Shown here: one piece after another, positions 22,016 through 35,970 of the stretch
Position numbering within the stretch: position 1 is the stretch's first letter
Layout: each line of letters opens with the position of its first letter
Assembly: GCA_000934665.2 (NCBI GenBank)
Contig: KZ538960.1
Coordinates: 1-38,883, forward strand
From: Catajapyx aquilonaris
Lineage: Eukaryota
Direction of reading: 5' to 3'
Length of the DNA stretch: 38,883 nucleotides
Notes under the pieces: model-generated
Told to the model about the DNA's origin: nothing
What the model saw: the letters and a program-made list of their open reading frames with translations, nothing else
Database searches by the model: none
Position numbers and translations under genes: made by a program

Positions 22016-23132
22016 TTATTGATGATTTGTCATGGCAACCAGAGTAAAGGCATTGTTCTCATGAGAGTAGAGCACTTTTAACATATCGTGGCATTGCTTA
22101 TATCATGAATTTTTTAAAAATCTCTGTACACTTGATCGCATGGAAATAGACTGGCATTATTCCTTCTTACATATGTACAAATTAATCATTCACCATAGAA
22201 CCACACAGTTCATGCAAACGGAGGTTGTGATGATGCATTTTTTTTTTGCTTCTCACAATCGCTAGAAATTTATACTGAACAGGTGCCAAACGTAGCAATG
22301 ATTTTGAGGTGCTGGTTTGACCTCCCTTTTTTGTTGTGGGAGGTAGAATCACGAGGCCAGTTTTTTTGGCTCCCTTTCTTTTAAAAGATAGCTTTTTTAA
22401 ATAATGATTTTGTGTTTCCTCCGGTTTCCTCAAGTGTGTGTGTGTGTTGTACAAAGTGGCGATGCTCTTTACGATTATAAGGTACTTCACATTTTAAGTG
22501 CATGTGTAAAAGAATGAATAAAAGAAATCATGTTTGTCAAGTTTAACAAAGGTGTGATTTTGAATGTTCCCCTCCCGTTATTTTTGCAGCAATTTGGGGG
22601 GGGGGGGGNGTGTGACTTTTATGGCCAATAGGATGTGATTGTGTACTTTTTGCATTACTTGCAGGTGTAAATGTCTCGTGACGAAATCGGTCAGCAGGTG
22701 GGTGAATTACAGGTGGGATCCTAAGTAGCTGTTATTTGTAACTTTTTTTGGTCAATTCCCGTGCCCTTGGAATGATCCCGTGCCGCGTTTTTGGTTCGAA
22801 CCTGGACTGGTGTCCATGGTGGTGTTTCGCCCCTAGGCGACATACGACTCGGGGGGGGGGGGGGTGTTCGCCCCTGGGCCCGGGTTGTTTCGAACCTTTT
22901 TTCGAACGTGCCATGAGCTGCTATGCTACATCCGGCCCCCTCCCATTCTATTAAGCAGCTAAAAAGTCGGCCATGTTGGAATCCCCGTCGTCTATTCTAC
23001 TACTTCGGGAGAAGTAATAAAAGGGGCGATCCGGAGGCCGGAGGGGGACCCGCATCCGCAGCCATCCGACCCCGAGTGGACCACCAGAGGACCCGGATCG
23101 TACCTCGGAGGGAAGGGAAGGCCGTGTCCGAC

Positions 23133-26100
23133 ATGCTGAACCTGTGGAAAGTCAGGGAGATCGCCGACAAGGTGTAAGTTAAAATTAAAAAATAAATTGA
23201 AGAAGAACATAGATACGTGTAGAATCAGCTGACGTCAAATTTTTTGGAACGTCCATTGAATTTAATATGGATCGGTTGGACTTTTATTTGGAATGGGTCG
23301 GAATTAGAAGGTCTTGTAGCGCACAAGCTGGGTTACGAGCGACCATACTGTTGTAGAAATTGCATGTCCATGTTGGGTATTGTTAGTTGCGACGCCACAC
23401 GCTGAGGTTAGCAGCTGCTGGTTGGATAGTATGCGCTGTTATTTGAGTCGCAAGTTGCTTGCCGAACGATCCGAAAGCGAGCGTAGATACTAAGCGACAT
23501 CATGGAATATAAAGCCAGCTGATTCTCTTGGCTGTGTAAACGCTCGAAGTTTGTGCCACTGACAGGGTAGGCCTTGTAAGCTCAGTCGCCTGTGCGAAGG
23601 CCTGTGGCAAGATTCCTGAAGTGTTTCGAAGCATATGACATGTTTGGTGAGGCCGTGACTAGCCATGCTGTTGGTGTAAGTTTAAAGCGAATCTTAACAA
23701 GTTTTTTAACAAATGGCAAAGGCAGCCAATATCGCATATTGAAACCTGATGACTTTGTAATCTGCATCGTCAGCTCTGATGCAAACTGGCAGTCTTATAT
23801 ACGTGCGCAAAACATGTACTTTTTGCTCACGCCACCCTCAAAGAGTAGGAAAATTGCAAGTAAGTTTGTCGTGAAGGGGTTAATATTTTTATTTGCTAAA
23901 ACTGTGCTGGGCATGAAGTGAAATAACAATGACTTGCAATATTATGAGGGTGCTGTAATGATGCTGCGATGTTGTTGTGGACACTCGCCCGTAAGCGTGA
24001 AAGTGCCTGGAATAATATTGTGCTGATAGTACGTTTGGCTGTGCTTCTGCATGACTAATAACAGTGCTGCTCATTTGTATTGTGGCGCATGCGATATATG
24101 ACTGACTGGCCATCTGTCAGTGGTATTTTAGCTTCTATACTCATCACATTTTTATCACAGTGCAACCTCCTTAGCATGGCCTTTTGTTGGCAGTATTAAA
24201 ATTTGAAACTCAGTGCAGATGGGAAAGGTTATACAAGTTTGGCAATATTAATTAACACTGCTTACATGCAATGCGTATGAGATAATGAGGTGCATGTTGT
24301 ACTCAGTCCATTAAAAGGTTCTAAAGAGAATAATTATGGTGGTTATACAAAATGTCTATTGTGTTGCTGTAAGAACTAAGCAGTACAGTATGGCTACCAT
24401 AAAAAGTTGCAGTCCTGTTGATTAAATTATGTGCAAGGCGTGTCGGCTAGGCTTATTCATTTTCTGAAGTATAATGGTAGGGTGTATTACAATTGGGTTT
24501 TTAATGCAGGCCCTACCCAAATGCTTCATTGTCCTCCGCACTGCCATGCAGAGCTACATTATCCCTCTCATTTCGTCAGTGGCCTTGAAACCACTTGCCG
24601 GAAGGAAGTTTCCTGTCTTCTCTGTGCTTCCCATCACACTTGTGTGTAATTGTCATTTTATGACGCCTTTGTCAGCTGCACATAAAATGGTCTGAAGGCA
24701 GATGCAGTAATGGAAAAGCATAATTATTTGAAGTTCCTGTTTATTGTGTGAAGGCTATGTTACATGCATTCTTGCCATGGTTATAATGGCAGTAATGCCA
24801 AAGTGTGCAAATTGCTTTTGATAGGCTACAGTTCACACAGGTCCACATTTCATAAGGAGCATTCCATTTGCTCTTGTTGCTGTATCTTCTGTGATAACGA
24901 CGGACAGTACATTCATATACAACATCTGGGTCCTGAAATGTACTTGGAACTACATGGGCAGTTAAAATTATGATTGTGATACCATTGTTCTGAAAATTAC
25001 TTAAGTCCTGCACCAACTGTGTGTTAACCTTGGAGAAAAAACTGTATAAGAGTTGTAAAATAATAAATCGCCCTTTATATATAATGTGGCCTTCACATAT
25101 AATAGTAATAGACATTGTCCTGAAGTACATTTTTAAATATAACGCGCCTTGACTTGTTTGCAATCATCTCCATTTAAAATGATTTAATGAAGTGATTATT
25201 GTAATACAAGCCATAGTTGCACTGAGTGGGAAATGACAGCCATTTATCTTATATTGTATTCTTTCTTTATTAGGACAAATGTAGTAATGAATTACACGGA
25301 AATGGAGGCCAAAGTGAGAGAGGCGACAAATGACGAAGCATGGGGGCCAACAGGTATGTTTTAGGAGAATGCAAAAATACCAATTTTATCCGGTATATTA
25401 TTGATGCATTTTACTTTTCAAAACAGGTGCAATGATGCAAGAGGTTGCTCAGGCCACTTTTACCTATGAGCAGTTCCCAGAGGTAATGGGAATGCTCTGG
25501 AAAAGGATGCTGCAGGATAGCAAGAAAAACTGGAGGAGAACATATAAGGTATGTATATAATTTTATTATAACATGTTTATATTGTGTGTGAAGCAAGGTG
25601 AACTGCATGTTGAAAAAATTTGTTATTATTGCTTATTACTTTCAATTCATTCCTGATTTGATGTAAAAGTCGTGCACGTCACATCTAATAATTTTTAAAT
25701 AACCTAGGTGAGTTAGAACTTTTCAACCAGTCAAAATCTGCAGAATATCTATTCTCAATAGAGGGTTCTGAACAAATTAATCATGTTCATGTAATATTAA
25801 GAAGTATTATGTAAAACATTGTGAAACATGCCATGTGATTTTTTTTTAAAGCTTCCCAAATGTGAAAATTATGACTAGGAGGTTACATCATAAGAAACAG
25901 GTTGTTCATGCTACAACTTTCACTTGGAAACTTTTTTGTTGAGGTTTATTTTAAAACCTTGGAAGCTTGCTGTTTTCAAGCAGGCTTTGTATAGATAGAA
26001 TCCATTATGAATTATTATGATTACTATTATAAATCATAAAAAATGGCAGGTTAATCATTCCTTGTAAGCTCTTATGCTCTTACTTGATATCTGAAGCGAT

Positions 26101-29100
26101 TAGGAAACAAGGGCGCAGGTAAAAGAAGAGAACATGATTATCTCCAAACTTGCAGCTTTTATACTACCCTATCAACCAAGTCAAGCCTTATCTTACACCT
26201 TACCCTGGTTAAGAGATTCCATAACGGATCCTCATTCATCTGCAGGCTACAAGGCTGATTTATATGTATGGACAATATTGCCATGTTCTCTGCAACAATT
26301 ATATTTTCTGTTTCTCTATGTCCTTCCTATTGCCATGCACCATCATGCAGACACACACCAAGTACAAAAGAACTCCATAATAATTATAAGATTCTTGAAG
26401 CTACATGAACTCGCCTCATTGCATTGGTATGGTGGGATAGTCGTTGGAATTTTTGTGGTAGCCATTTTACACAAGTGGTGGGGAGAGGTGTATGCATTAG
26501 TGGTGTAATATATTTCATAGGGGGCCAGGAAGTATGCTAACTGCCTGTTGGGGAATTTTGGTGCCATGAAACATTTGGTATGTCCATCACCTTTCCAGGT
26601 ACACCATAAACCAGACATACTGGGTTTGTGAAAAGGCTTTAATTTTATGAGCTTTTTTTTTGTAGTTTCATGTAGCATTTATGTTTGATTCGGCTATGAG
26701 GGTCACAACATAATTTTGACCATAATATGTATACACTCAACTCATACGATCAGTGTGTAAAACATGGATCATAAGTTTTGTTAAGATAATGTGGATTTTT
26801 AAATTTTCCAAGGAGGGTCACTCCAGCAAATGTTAGATTGTAACAAACATTTAATTACCAATTATTTTATGCTTCCAGTCACTGCTGCTCCTAGCATATT
26901 TAGTGCGCAATGGGTCTGAACGTGTGGTGACGTCCTCCCGTGAGCACATATATGACCTTCGCAGCCTGGAAAACTACACATTCATGGATGAGTATGGAAA
27001 GGACCAAGGAGTCAATGTGCGCCACAAGGTGAAAGAGCTGATTGACTTTATTCAGGACGACGAAAAACTCAGGGAGGAGAGGAAGAAGGCCAAGAAGAAC
27101 AAGGACAAATATGTCGGGATGTCCAATGAATCCATGGGCTTTAGAAGCGGCTGTAAGTTACTTTCACTACTGTCCTATTATTGGGAATAGATGGTAAATC
27201 TTAAATACATTTGCTTACAGCAAGTGACCGTTGGGATGAAACACCCCGGTGGAAGGAAGAGGGATTCACGGACTGGGATCCAAACAAGAATGGTGGTGAC
27301 TCCAGTTTTGGGAGGAGTAAGAAGAGATTTGATGAGATGGGACACTCCAGGTGAGCACTCAACAATTGGTTAAAATGAGGGTGAGCTTAATGAAAAGTGA
27401 ACCACGATCTGTCCCATTTATAACTAAGAGAGCAAATAATATGCCACTTGTTGGTGTAATTATGTGTGAATTTAAGGCAACTCTTTGGTTTGTGGTTATT
27501 TTCGTTTATGTATAAAAGTCTCCAGAAGTGATCATTTAAAGAGGCATCAATACATTTTCATTTTGAAGAAGCCAAAGCAACTGTGGCCGTCTGCCTATAA
27601 TTCCTTATGACAATGAAGTAGCAGTAATAATAATAATCATAATCATAATCATAATCATAATCATAATAATAATGAATTAGCACATATATTACTGTAAGCT
27701 GGTATAGAACAGGGCTTCCCAGGAGTAGTTTGATGTTTTGTCTGGTCCCCAAAAGTGTTCCCTGTGCTTTACAAGGTAAAAACAACCCATGTCAATCGCT
27801 TGACAAGTTCTGCAAAATATTTGCAACATGTTTTGCCACTGCTGCAACAAATCTGTTCCAGCAGAGGATTTTACAAGATCAAATTCAAAATTGTCTCAAC
27901 ATTTTTTGTCTCACACTGCGTCAGTTTAGTGACAAAATCTCTTGAAAGCAATATTTCTTATCAAAACCGCATTTAACTTCCTCGAGGCCTGTTCCCGCAT
28001 TTATTTTGCAAATAGCAGTTGATGAACTAATAATGGATCCCCTATGTTTATTCAAGTTGTCACTCAAAGTCCTATGTCTTTTCAACTCTACAGTGTATTT
28101 TTTAAGATGCTCACCATTAGATAGAAATAATGCCACAAAAAATAAGGTGCCTCATAACTGCGACAGTGAGTTGTTTTGAAGGTTAAACCATGTGTTTTAA
28201 TCATAATTCTAGCTGTGATGATTTACATTGGCATCCTTGCAGTGACGAGGGTGAGAAGTTTGATTCAGACCACGAGAAAGGCAACAGTCCTGGAGGGCGA
28301 GAGTACCGTGACAGTGAGATTAAGGAAAAGCCGAAGCTCAAGTCTCCTGGTGCAAAGAAGGTTATTGACCTCGGTGCATCTGCAAATTATGGCCGTGACT
28401 CCTCGTCATCATCGCCTGCAAAAAGTCCTACGAAGAAGTCGCCTGACCTCTTCAGCAATCCAGTGGCACCAAGTGATGACGACTTTGATCCACGCGCTGG
28501 TGAAAATGGGGACTTTGGTAACTTCACTGCTGCCACACCTGACGCCAAAAGTGACGAGTTTGCTGACTTCACCAGCGCCTTCGATGCTTCTTCTGGTAAC
28601 CAGAGAGCAGCACCACAATCAGATGCAGATCTGCTTATGGGGTTGAATATGAACTCGGTTAGCAGCACTGGGCTTCCGGCTGGCATCCCTGGCCTTATGG
28701 GAGGAAATCTTCCTTCGTCTGGCATTCCCGGCCTCATGGGTGGAGTTGTGGCACCTAACCAGGGCATGCTGGGCAACCCTCCTGGCATCCCCAGCCTTAT
28801 TGGGGGTAACACTTCATCAAGCCTCATGGGTGGAATTTCATCCCCTCAGGGTGGTGGCAGCCTCACAGGTGGAGTTGCATCAACTAATCACATCCCGGAC
28901 CTATTAGAAGAAGGTGAGTGTTGCCACTTTACCTGCCCATAATCAGTGTGCCGTTTGTGTCAACATTTCTCTTGCAGCCTACAGTGCAACAATAAGTGAA
29001 ACTGCATCGAGACTTTTAGGAATGCTGAAAAATGATGACACTGCAGAACAGGCCATACGTGAAGTTTTGTTCTCATTCGTTCCGGGTCCTGAGACACCAC

Positions 29101-32100
29101 AAAAATTTGCTGGCGTGGACTCTGGCTCTAAACAGGCTTGGGAATATTACCGAGGTGGCCACTATTCAATGTTTCTCAGTGAGGCTCTGAAAACAAAGTG
29201 CCCTGGCACTCTTCTGGCAGCCCTTGGGGAAGAGGGTTATGGTGATGCTGCACTGGCAACATTTCTTGATGCCATTCACCAGGATGATTCGAGAATGGTT
29301 CGGAATTCATTGGCAGCTCTGGAAGCATGGGTCAAGTCAGATGCACCCACTGTCATGCTGACCAGGTGGTGTAAGCATGGTATCAGTTCAGATGCTGATA
29401 CAATAAGGGTGCTTGTGAGTGTACCAGAGCGAGTTGGCAATGCTGTCCGTGGAGATGCAGCCATAGTGCTACGGCCACGCCAGTACTCTCACCTTCTAGC
29501 ATCATGGATAATGAAGTCATTGTTTGCACTTAGATGTGCAGTGGAAAATGGTCTTGATGTCAAAGTCGCCCCATTGAGTGCTTTACTTAGCAGTGTGTGC
29601 ATGACACAAGATTCTAATGTGATTATGGGCGTTGTGACTCCAGTATTAAGACATTGGACACACACCAACCATTTAGCACGTAATTTGTCTCTTGAGTTGT
29701 TTGCTTCTGTGGACACAAGATCAATTGAACGCATCGTCACACCAATGTTGGTTTCCGATGTGCATCTTGTGTTGGGAAAGGTATTGAATCTAGCACCATG
29801 GCAGCACGTACTCACTAATAAACTAGTTCTGTTACGACACTTTCGAGATGAAAGTGTTGCCCGCAACATTGCCTTGTGCCTCTCCACCAATCAGGATGTT
29901 TTGTGCAACACAGTACTAAAAGTACTGGATGTCTGGGCTGATCGCAGCATACTGTTACACACCTCGTTTGATCAGCACCTATACATCACTAAAGTGTTGT
30001 TGTCATGCATTGCAAACCTCTCAACTGATGTCATGATGGAACGAAAGATGGACATACAAAGAAGGTTGATGGAAGGTGTACCTGTGCACTTGGAGTCCCC
30101 TGATTCTAACATTCGAAAGATTGGGATGTCAGTTGCTGAAGAGGTGGTAATGATTTTGGATCCTGATGGGCCTAGACCAGAATTTGGTCTGGATGGAAGT
30201 GACAAGTTGGTAGCATCCCTCAAACGATGTGTGACCACAGCAAAGGATTTGAAACCAGATCTAGGTGGAGGCAGTCCAGAGGATGTCTTGGAGAAGCTTC
30301 TTGAAGCAGGAATCAAAACTGATGTCACTCATGGTGTACCTGGAGCACAAGCGAAAATGTCTTCAGAGTTGGTCCAGTCATGTTGCAACACTGAAGTTGC
30401 AGCCAGTTGCAAGATACCAGAAGTGGCCACTAAATTGGCTGCAGCTGTCTCAACAAATTTCAAAAGTGATGAAATTGATAGTGATGATGACCTGGAACCA
30501 TATGATATGTCAAATGACACTGAAGCTTCGACTGCAAAGCCACCAACTTACCTTCGTGATCTTTTAGATGGACTGGTGCAGAATGAAGATATCAATCGCC
30601 ACACTGTGTGTTTCCAATGCGCTGAGGACTTGATACGTCGTGACCTTGCAAAAGATGACCCGTCATTTGCAGTGGAACTTTTACAAATATATGTCCTCTT
30701 AGATGACAGATATTCTGTAGAAAACTTTAGCCAAACTCGCCTAAACACAATGATTGCCATTTCATCCTCACACCCAACCATTTGTGGTGAGTTTCTTTGC
30801 TCACACTTTTATGACCGTGACCTGAGTTTGCGCCAAAGGATGGATATACTGGATGTAATTGGTTTGACTGCTCAACATATGACAAAACCACCATCGGAGC
30901 AAAAGAAACCAGAAACTAACCAGGAGAGGGAAGAGGATGATTGGCGTAAGATTGTGGATCAGCGGATTGCAGCAAAAACTCGCCGCTTTTTTGGCCCTCA
31001 TCTTGAGAAGGCAGGGTCTCCCAACAAGTTTTCACCTGTTGCAGGCTCTTTTTTCTTTCCATTGTTGTCAAGGATTAATTGCAACATTGGTACCCTGGAT
31101 CTGATCGGAAGAGACCACTACGTATTGGCACATTTGCTCAGGACACTTGGGGTTGTGCTGTATAATGCTATGAATTCTCCCTCAGGGCCTAGGATGGCCG
31201 AAACACTCACCAACTCACTGTGGGTGTTGCGCCACCATCCTGAACCTAGCGTGAGACTGGCTGTAGTGTATGCATTTTGCACTGCTACAATGTCAATGTT
31301 GCCAGGAGTTTTGGTGGTGAGGTGGGCATCTGAGCTGGATGACATGAGAGACTGGTTAGCCACCATGGCTTCTGAGGACATATCTGATGAGTGCAAGCAG
31401 GTGGCTGGGCAAGCACTTGCACTCTTGAACCAAACTGTGCGGAGTGGTTTGGAATTAGGACCCAACTTATGAGAGACCTGATTTTCCTCTTGTCATGCAT
31501 TTTTCAAGGTTGTGCTTAATATAAGTTGCACCTGTGCATTGAAAACTCTGTTTTTGATGGTAATGAAGTTCTACCCATGGTTTTTCTGTTGCCTCTCCTG
31601 ATCTTGAAGATCAGGTGATAGCAAGGAGGATTTATGAGATTTCTACTGACGTAAATAATTAACTTTTGAAACCATGGTATGAGAAGTGTGAGGTACTAGT
31701 TTTGATGAGTATTCTTACGAATAACTCATGACTACTTAACTGTGTGCAGTTGTTTTTTTAAGCGACCTTTATTTTTCTAAAGGGAAGGAACATTTTTGTT
31801 GTTCTACTTGTGCAAATTGATCAATCAATCTAATACTAATGATTTAGTATGGATAGCTACTCTGTGGAAGCATCAATTTCAATTTTTCAAGAGAGTAAAT
31901 GAGTAATTACTTTCTCCGAGTCGCATGCAGTAATCATGTTGGCAGTGATGCAAAACTAGTTAATTAGATCTTGAGAAGATATTTGAATCTAGTTTTTCAT
32001 AATCAGCATGAATCATAACTTAAGTGAAAAGTGCAACTGATGAAAAACCATTGTGAATCTTAATGTAGGCAGGCAAACTATCATCAGATAAAACTAGTGG

Positions 32101-33430
32101 CAAACCTGCACATCTGTATTTCATCATTGTTGAATTTTTGCCATAATAAAATGAAATTCGTCATTCTGAAGTCACTACACATTTTCTGTTTCTCTTTCCT
32201 GTGGACCATCAGGCATATCCCAACCCCCTCACAACTTTGCATCCCCCTTGACTCCTCTTACCCCATTGACCCCATCCACAGCACCCTCTCCTGGCAGCAC
32301 TGGTGTGAACGCCAACTCTGCAGCGGTGTCGTCCCCATCACACAACAACACATGGAGTGATATAGGCCTGGACATCAACATAGACAACCTGAGGATAAGC
32401 AACAAGTCAACCAGGTCATCTGCACCTCCCATGAACCAGATGGTGCACACAACTGTCTCACCAACGGGGGGAGGACCTGTGGGGGGACCCAGAATTCCAA
32501 TGAGTAAGTGTTGAGTGTTACAATCCATGTGTGGTGGTAGTGCATGTAAAGTGGGCTATCTAGTGAGAACATTAGTTGCATGTATTAAGGCAACACCAAG
32601 GAACAGTGTCTTTGGCTCCAGCCTTACCTTCCTTGAAGTCCCAAGGTCACTCCTCAGATCAGGATTTTTCTCATGAAAAAAAATTTCAATGGGTTCTTTC
32701 ATGTTTGCATTGATTTTTACAGGGTTATTACTATCTCTCTCAATTTCAGAATCTTGTGTCATTGATGAAGTCACAATCTGCTCAACATATCAGCAGAAAT
32801 GAGTAGCAAACCAAAAAGGGTACAATACCCAGATAGAGCATTGTAAGCAAAACGTGTTTTCTAACGCTAACTAGTTGAACTTCGCACATTTATTTTATTT
32901 GGTGAAAATGTAGTTACATAAACATGAAAGGTAGAGTACACAATACAAACTGTACAGTGATTTTTTATTTATTTCATTTAACTTACTTATTTAATTTATT
33001 TCTCTGGAGGGTGTAAAGCNNNNNGGGGGGGGGGGGGGGGGGGAGAGAACAGCCGGGGGCTTATGTACAGTGATTTTATCACAGTTAAAACTTGTAGTCA
33101 TGTACAGGAAGAAATATAAGTATCCTGGGTGAAACACGTTCAATGCGTGGCCCGAATACCAGTAATTCTGTTCATCTGAATCATTCAGCATTGTATAGTT
33201 GATTCCCCAGAGCACATTTAACCTAGAGCAATTAATATTATAGTGGGGGTTACGCACACATTGATAATTTACTCTTTATTTCAGATCTTCCTGGCATGAT
33301 GGGCTCCCCGATGACATCCCCAGTGATGTCCCCGATGGGTCCAGTGGCACCAAATCAGTTCGCGATGCCTGCACATCAACGGATGCCCCAACCCAACTCT
33401 CCATACTATCCAGTTGGGTTCAACAAGTAA
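23133..33430 (+). CDS. CLINT1: Epsin-related protein / clathrin interactor 1 (lqfR-like), short isoform ~584 aa
   Basis: Exons 23133-23173, 25274-25353, 25427-25548, 26879-27152, 27221-27350, 28243-28913, 32213-32503, 33285-33430, phase-compatible. ENTH MLNLWKVREIADKVTNVVMNYTEMEAKVREATNDEAWGP...NWRRTYKSLLLLAYLVRNGSERV; gamma-ear-type motifs DFGNF and EFADF; TWSDIGLDINIDNL; Met/Pro-rich tail. Confidence 0.93.
27625..27673. repeat. Compound (TAA)n/(TCATAA)n microsatellite, intronic
   Basis: Directly visible. Confidence 0.85.
28978..31472 (+). CDS. TELO2: Tel2/TELO2 coding exon, alternative terminal exon of the epsin-related gene (fusion ~1270 aa)
   Basis: Single uninterrupted ~830-codon frame with EIDSDDDLEPYDMSND, KPPTYLRDLL, LRQRMDILD, DWRKIVDQRIAAKTRRF, NKFSPVAGSFFFPLL. 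Preceded by acceptor TTTCTCTTGCAG (28977), phase-compatible with the donor AAG|GTGAGT at 28914. Confidence 0.9.
32965..33063 (-). mobile_element. Probable 5'-truncated non-LTR retroelement or SINE tail
   Basis: 14-bp direct repeat TGTACAGTGATTTT at 32951-32964 and 33064-33077 flanks ~100 bp ending (minus strand) in an AAAT-rich tail; includes an N gap. Confidence 0.55.
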
Positions 33431-35970
33431 GGACCTGGAAGAGGATTAGGAAGAAAATAAATTAAGCCATGTCTCAAAAGCCTCCCCTCAATACTAATTA
33501 ACTATTTTTGCTCACAATATTTCTGCTTGTATATAGACGACCATATAAGAGAGAGAGATTGAGAAATAATGGTGATTCCAGGGAGCACCCAAAAATACAG
33601 TGCCTTAAAAATAATTACCTACACCAAGGTGTTAGTCGCGAACTCGGGTTTCGTATTTACATAGTAGTGTATAGAAGACATATGTGAAATCATCCCTAAC
33701 CTCTTCCCCACTCCCTCGATGCCTCTGCCTTGCCCCCAGTATTCCCAACCCTTTTCACGTGTGAGTGCTTTTTGTTTTTGTTTGGTGCTGAAGTGAACAA
33801 AAGTTTATGGGGACAATTTGTACTTAAACTATTTTGGTCTGGCCTATTCTAAATGTTGGCAATGTTATAAGTCTTTCCAAAGAACGACTTGGGTTCACAT
33901 AATTTTTCTGCTCTTTCATGCAGAATTGCAATTACGATATGTTTGTGGGTAACTCTAGGGAAAAATCGTACGGGAGTATATGGCAATATGATTCACTTCC
34001 TCCTATCACTTACCTTTCTATTTGGACTACTGTTCTGAATTATCGTGCGTGGGTGTAAAAGCATCCTAAGTTATTCTAAAGTATTGTGAAGTAGAATGCT
34101 TTCATATCCAGGCACTGATTACTGTACGTGGTGCACAGGAAAAATCTGCAAGGAAAGGTAAGGTAGCACAGGATGTGTAATGAAGTAATAACATCATCTG
34201 TCACAACTCCGTCCTTGCATGTTAAATTCCCAATATCAACACTGACTATGTCACATGACTGAAGGGGAGGTGAAGAATCCTCCCACTCTACGGGCTACTT
34301 TTATCTGGTCATTGGTATGTCTCAGTGGTTTGTGTAACTTTCTATGTGTTATGTGGATGTATTCCACTCGCTGGAAATATTTTATGTTGAGTCGGGCTAA
34401 TGGGATTATGTAGGTATTCCAACATTCATGCTGAATTCGAGTGGTCTTTTAGGCTCTTGAAAGTAACATTTGATGCAATTTGTTAGGCCAAGTTCAAACT
34501 AGGTGGTGCAGCGGTGATGATGTGCTGAAAAGCTGAAGGAACAGGTTTTCCAAACAGTGGTTGAACCGGATGACTGATGCGACAGTGATGGATGGCTGCA
34601 TATGCATTCTGTTCCTGTGACTTTTAAGCCAGAAGATGCACTCACATGGCCTAGTTTCTGAGCAGCCTTCGAGATGTTGAATGAAAAATTCGGTGGCAGA
34701 GTAATCATTCAGTGCCAATGAGATGAATTCTTGAAGAAGCGCAATAGGAATACTATTGAGTTACAGGAAACCAACTACTTCCATCCACCATCTGTAGCAC
34801 ATAGCCTCAGCTGCATAGGGTCCTCCAATAAACTGATCATTCACCACACCATGGCCAAGTCTAGCCTTAATCCTATGTATTCAGCTTCTTGTATACAAGA
34901 TCCTAGGCAATACCCAGTGTTTAAAGAGGCAATATTCACAGTGAACTTGTCTGTAATGGAGCCTGTGTGCTATGTAAACATGGGTCCACTTTGGAATATT
35001 TGTTTGGTACTGGTGGAGCATTTTTAAAGAACTTTTTGTAAATATTGGAAGAAAACATGCTTGGGACAGGAAATTTTCACAGGAAGGATTGGCTTTGCTA
35101 CAGACAGGTTTTACTGTTTTGTCAAACCAAGCTAAATTTGAATGTTGGTCATCATATTTAGAACATTGCATAAGTATCTATTACACATTCCTGAAAGAGG
35201 CCTTTGCAAACATTGGCACATCATCCGTGGTTTGATCATGTGAAAGCCAAGTCGTTCATTCTTCCTAACTTATGATTTAGTGCTACTTCTGGTGTATTAT
35301 TGTGAAAAAGATTGAATATAATTATATTATTTCATTTTGATTTTTCAGCATAATATGTTTCACGTGTACTTACTGATCTGGTGCTTTTACTATTGTAATC
35401 TTTTACTTCTATCGATGCTGCGTTCTGGGCAGTGTTTATTATCATCATTCCAACATCATTCTTGTGTGGCCCAAAAAAATCATTTCTTGCTCGTTACTTT
35501 TGCACCATGTTATGGGAACATGTACATAGATTTAGTTCCAGTATTGAGTCATGAGAATGGAAACGTTCCATTTCCATGGTTCAATTTCTATTGGTGGGAG
35601 GATAGCACCTATTTGTATTATGAGGGGGATCACATGATGGATTATATTTAAAAAAATATTTAAAAAACCAGTAATAATGGTGCTCATATGCATGGTGAGA
35701 AACCTGCGCTTCCACACGGATGATTTTTTTGTGCCCTGAGGAATCGGTTGTGATTCCAATGATTGCAGCTGGGAATAATGTTTTCAATTGTGAATTCTTT
35801 TTTGGGATAATCACTCATCACGGGGTCATCTCCAAGGTTGTTACATCACTCCTGATGAATTTTTAATAAAATGTGGGAATATGCAAACTGACCCGCCGAC
35901 ATGTAATTTTATTCCCCCCATCCTGAGTGCAGGAATGCAAGAGAAAATGATGCTCTTTGGTACGTACATA

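Noticed and set aside
22740..22910. Possible tRNA or SINE from a B-box-like GGTTCGAACC
   Set aside because: No cloverleaf or convincing A-box; more likely part of the epsinR promoter region.
28914..28977. ORF-track N-terminus MSVATLPAH... for a standalone Tel2
   Set aside because: The start is the GTG of a splice donor and the segment is a 64-nt intron.
1033..31472. Idea that FIGNL1, Ki-67-like and Tel2 form a genome-maintenance gene cluster
   Set aside because: Adjacency of housekeeping and proliferation genes is common in compact genomes; no synteny data here to support selection.
34494..35814. Several short ORFs downstream of epsinR
   Set aside because: No recognisable domain, no consistent exon chain, AT-rich non-coding composition.
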